Of a stretch of 39,048 nt of DNA, positions 36,549 through 39,048 are shown one piece after another; position 1 is the first letter of the stretch; each line of letters starts with the position of its first letter. The DNA is from Pseudomonadota bacterium (GTDB taxonomy: Bacteria > Bdellovibrionota > FAC87 > UBA2466). Made by a program: the position numbers and the translations under genes. Location: positions 1-39,048 of the forward strand of contig JAYUGC010000038.1 in the NCBI GenBank assembly GCA_043767805.1, written 5' to 3'. The notes beneath the pieces are model-generated. The model searched no databases, was not told the origin of the DNA, and saw only the letters and a list, made by a program, of their open reading frames with translations.

Positions 36549-37073
36549 ATGAGCAACCTGATTCGGCACAAACCATTCCCCCTTCGCGCGGCACTCGTGT
36601 GCTTATTCGCGGTCGTTTGCGTCGTCGGCTGCGCGCTTTTTGGCGGCGGCGGGGAAGGCAATTGGGCTCGCTCGGAGCACTACGCGGTCTCCGCGCCGGC
36701 CAGCTGGAAAAAGAGAGAGCCCGTCGATAGCGACAAAGCCTATCAGCTTCCCTCGGGGAGCATCGCGACGGTGACTAGCTCCTGCAACCGCCACCCGGGA
36801 GCGACTCTGCCCCTGCTGACGAAGCATCTGCTCTTCGGCACTCGCAACGTCGACATGCAAAAACAGGAAAGTTTTTCCGTCGACGGCGCCGACGGGCTTC
36901 TGTCGAAGCTGAGCGCGACGATGGACAGCGCCAAGTTCTTCATGGTCATCGTGGTGGCGCGCAAAGAAGAATGTGTTTTCGATTTTTCCCTGATGAGCCC
37001 CAAACCCCTCCAGGCCGGCGACGAGAACGACTTCCTGGGCTTCGTGCGGAGTTACCGAAGTGGAAAGCACTAA
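36549..37073 (+). CDS. Lipoprotein of unknown function (possible PsbP/DcrB-like fold)
   Basis: Lipobox VVGC, P..W motif; overlaps the mlaE start. Confidence 0.7.
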   Translation: MSNLIRHKPFPLRAALVCLFAVVCVVGCALFGGGGEGNWARSEHYAVSAPASWKKREPVDSDKAYQLPSGSIATVTSSCNRHPGATLPLLTKHLLFGTRNVDMQKQESFSVDGADGLLSKLSATMDSAKFFMVIVVARKEECVFDFSLMSPKPLQAGDENDFLGFVRSYRSGKH

Positions 37074-37875
37074 GCGCATCTGGAGCCATACGACCCGCCG
37101 CTCTCTCCGGGCGGCGACTGAATTTCTGGAATTTCTGGGCGGCGCCACGGAGCTATCGAAAACCGTCATCAAATCGCTCTTTCGGCCACCGTTCTACTTT
37201 GGGCTTTTCGTCGAGCAGTGCTATCAGCTCGGCGTGAAATCCTTTTCTCTCGCCGGTATCACCGCGCTTTCCACGGGCATGGTGATGTCGCTCCAATTCG
37301 GCATCGGGCTCGAGCGCTTCGGCGGTAAGCTTTACGTCCCGAAAATCGTCGGCCTTTCCATCATGCGTGAGCTGGGCCCCGTGCTCACTTGTCTGATGCT
37401 CGCTGGCCGCATCGGCGCCGGTATCGCGGCCGAGATCGGGTCGATGACCGTCACCCAGCAAATCGACGCCATCCGGGCTCTCGGTACGGACCCCATCAAA
37501 AAGGTCGTCATCCCTCGCGTGCTTGCCATGCTGATCATGGCGCCGCTCCTCACCGTGCTTGCCGATCTCATCGGTATCTTCGGCGGGATGTGGCTCTCTT
37601 ACATCGAGCTCAACATCCGGCCCGAGTTTTACTTCCACGAAGCCATCTCCGCCATCCAGACCTCGGACTTCACGACGGGGTTCGCCAAGACCTTTTTCTT
37701 CGGTCTCATCATCGCCATCACGGGTTGCTTTTATGGGCTGAAGACCACGGGCGGTACCCAGGGCGTGGGGCAGTCCACCACCAAAGCGGTGGTCACCTCC
37801 TGCATTCTCATCACGATCATGGACTTCGTGCTCACGAAGCTTTTCATGATCATCGAGCGGGGGATCGGTGGCTGA
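37060..37875 (+). CDS. mlaE: MlaE-family ABC permease
   Basis: RELGPVLT.LMLAGRIGA.IAAEIGSM.VTQQIDA, GVG.STT.AVV. Confidence 0.95.
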   Translation: MESTKRIWSHTTRRSLRAATEFLEFLGGATELSKTVIKSLFRPPFYFGLFVEQCYQLGVKSFSLAGITALSTGMVMSLQFGIGLERFGGKLYVPKIVGLSIMRELGPVLTCLMLAGRIGAGIAAEIGSMTVTQQIDAIRALGTDPIKKVVIPRVLAMLIMAPLLTVLADLIGIFGGMWLSYIELNIRPEFYFHEAISAIQTSDFTTGFAKTFFFGLIIAITGCFYGLKTTGGTQGVGQSTTKAVVTSCILITIMDFVLTKLFMIIERGIGG

Positions 37876-38605
37876 TTCCCTCATTCAGTTTAAGAACATC
37901 CGTAAGAGCTACGGCAAAAAGGTCGTTCACGAGGACATCAGCTTCGAGATCAGGAAGGGTGAGATTCTCACTCTCATGGGCGGAAGCGGCTCGGGCAAAA
38001 GCGTTCTTTTGCGGTCTCTCATCGGCCTCGAACGACCGGACGGCGGCGAGATCTTATTTCATGGCACCGACGTGACGAAGCTTAACGAAGAGAAGCTCAC
38101 CGACGTTCGTAAGCGCATCGCTTATTGCTTTCAGTACGGCGCCCTATTCGATAGCTTCTCGGTTTTCGAGAATCTCGCCTATCCGCTCCGCGAGCACACC
38201 AAGCTCACCGAATCGGAAATCAAGGAGCGCGTAGCGGGGGCTCTCGATCAGATTGGGCTCGGCGATACTAAGGATCTGCTTCCCTCGGACTTGAGCGGCG
38301 GCATGCAGAGGCGCGTGGGAGTGGCGAGAGCCATCATCATGAAGCCGGAAGTCATCCTTTACGACGAGCCGACGACGGGCCTGGACCCCTACAACACCAA
38401 GCAAATCCTCAAAATCATTCTCGAGCTGCAGAAACAAGGGGCGACCACCGTGCTGGTGACTCACGATATGACGAGTATTTTTGAAGTGACCGATCGCGTG
38501 GCTTTTCTCCGGGACGGAAAAATCCGTACCTTAGGAACCGCCGACGAGATTAAGGCCACCAAGGACGAGGTCCTCAAGGGATTCATCAACGGGGAGATGA
38601 TGTAG
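37868..38605 (+). CDS. mlaF: MlaF-family ABC ATPase
   Basis: GGSGSGKS, FQYGALFDS, LSGGMQRRV, YDEPTTGLDP, VTHD. Confidence 0.95.
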   Translation: MADSLIQFKNIRKSYGKKVVHEDISFEIRKGEILTLMGGSGSGKSVLLRSLIGLERPDGGEILFHGTDVTKLNEEKLTDVRKRIAYCFQYGALFDSFSVFENLAYPLREHTKLTESEIKERVAGALDQIGLGDTKDLLPSDLSGGMQRRVGVARAIIMKPEVILYDEPTTGLDPYNTKQILKIILELQKQGATTVLVTHDMTSIFEVTDRVAFLRDGKIRTLGTADEIKATKDEVLKGFINGEMM

Positions 38606-39048
38606 ATGGACAAGAAAGTCGCCAACTACCTGATTGTCGGCGTGGTAGTCGCCGTAGGTTTCATAGGCTTCGTCTTCATTCTCTTCAACATAGGGGGCGG
38701 CATGGGAGTGCTGACCTCGCAGTACACGCTTTACGGCAAGTTCAAGGACGTGAAGGGCGTGCACACCGGCTCCGAGATCTCGCTCGCGGGGCTTCGCATC
38801 GGCGTCATCAAGGACATTACGGTCGCCAAAGATGATTCCAAGGAACTGACGATCGAGATGGGAATTTCCAAGGCTCACAAGGAGCGCATCCGCAAAGACT
38901 CTCTCGCCATCATCCGCACGCAAGGCGTGTTGGGTGATAAGTACGTCGAGATCACCATCGGAACTAACTCGGAGCCTGTCTTGGAGAACGAGGCGTTCCT
39001 GCGGACGGACGAGCCCGAGGATCTGTTCGCCAAAAGCGGCGATCTCGT
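38606..39048 (+). CDS. mlaD: MlaD/MCE-domain protein (runs off the right edge)
   Basis: Manual translation MDKKVANYLIVG...F.DVKGV..GSEI..AG.RIG.I...IRTQGVLGDKYVEI. Confidence 0.9.
   Translation, partial: MDKKVANYLIVGVVVAVGFIGFVFILFNIGGGMGVLTSQYTLYGKFKDVKGVHTGSEISLAGLRIGVIKDITVAKDDSKELTIEMGISKAHKERIRKDSLAIIRTQGVLGDKYVEITIGTNSEPVLENEAFLRTDEPEDLFAKSGDL

Overview
GC-rich bacterial chromosomal window. Gene content and order suggest a deltaproteobacterial/Bdellovibrionota-like organism (inference, no search run). It holds: a xylF-like sugar-binding lipoprotein (partial); pilW/tgl-rodZ; a lysophospholipase; an ArsR/SmtB-controlled cytochrome c-FTR1 (PbrT-like) cassette; pduO; flbD-motAB; a glycosyltransferase-ftsQ-ftsA-ftsZ unit; LOG; a VKOR-DsbA fusion; an orphan secreted protein; an esterase; a 2OG-Fe(II) oxygenase coupled to a truncated nucleotidyltransferase; SCP2-hpt-OMP; a methyltransferase; a long flagellar operon (flgB to flgE) preceded by a TPR protein and a receiver-less sigma54 activator; and an mlaEFD-like operon (partial). 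Most coding content is ordinary. The most interesting signals are non-coding: (1) a near-consensus sigma28 promoter on the antisense strand sitting on the predicted sigma54 start site of the flgB operon; (2) a candidate structured ncRNA at about 20669-20804; (3) a four-hairpin leader between the TIGR02530-like gene and flgE; (4) a REPIN/MITE-like repeat with 7-bp periodicity that begins at TAA stop codons; (5) recurrent leaderless-type gene starts. All family calls come from motif recognition only.
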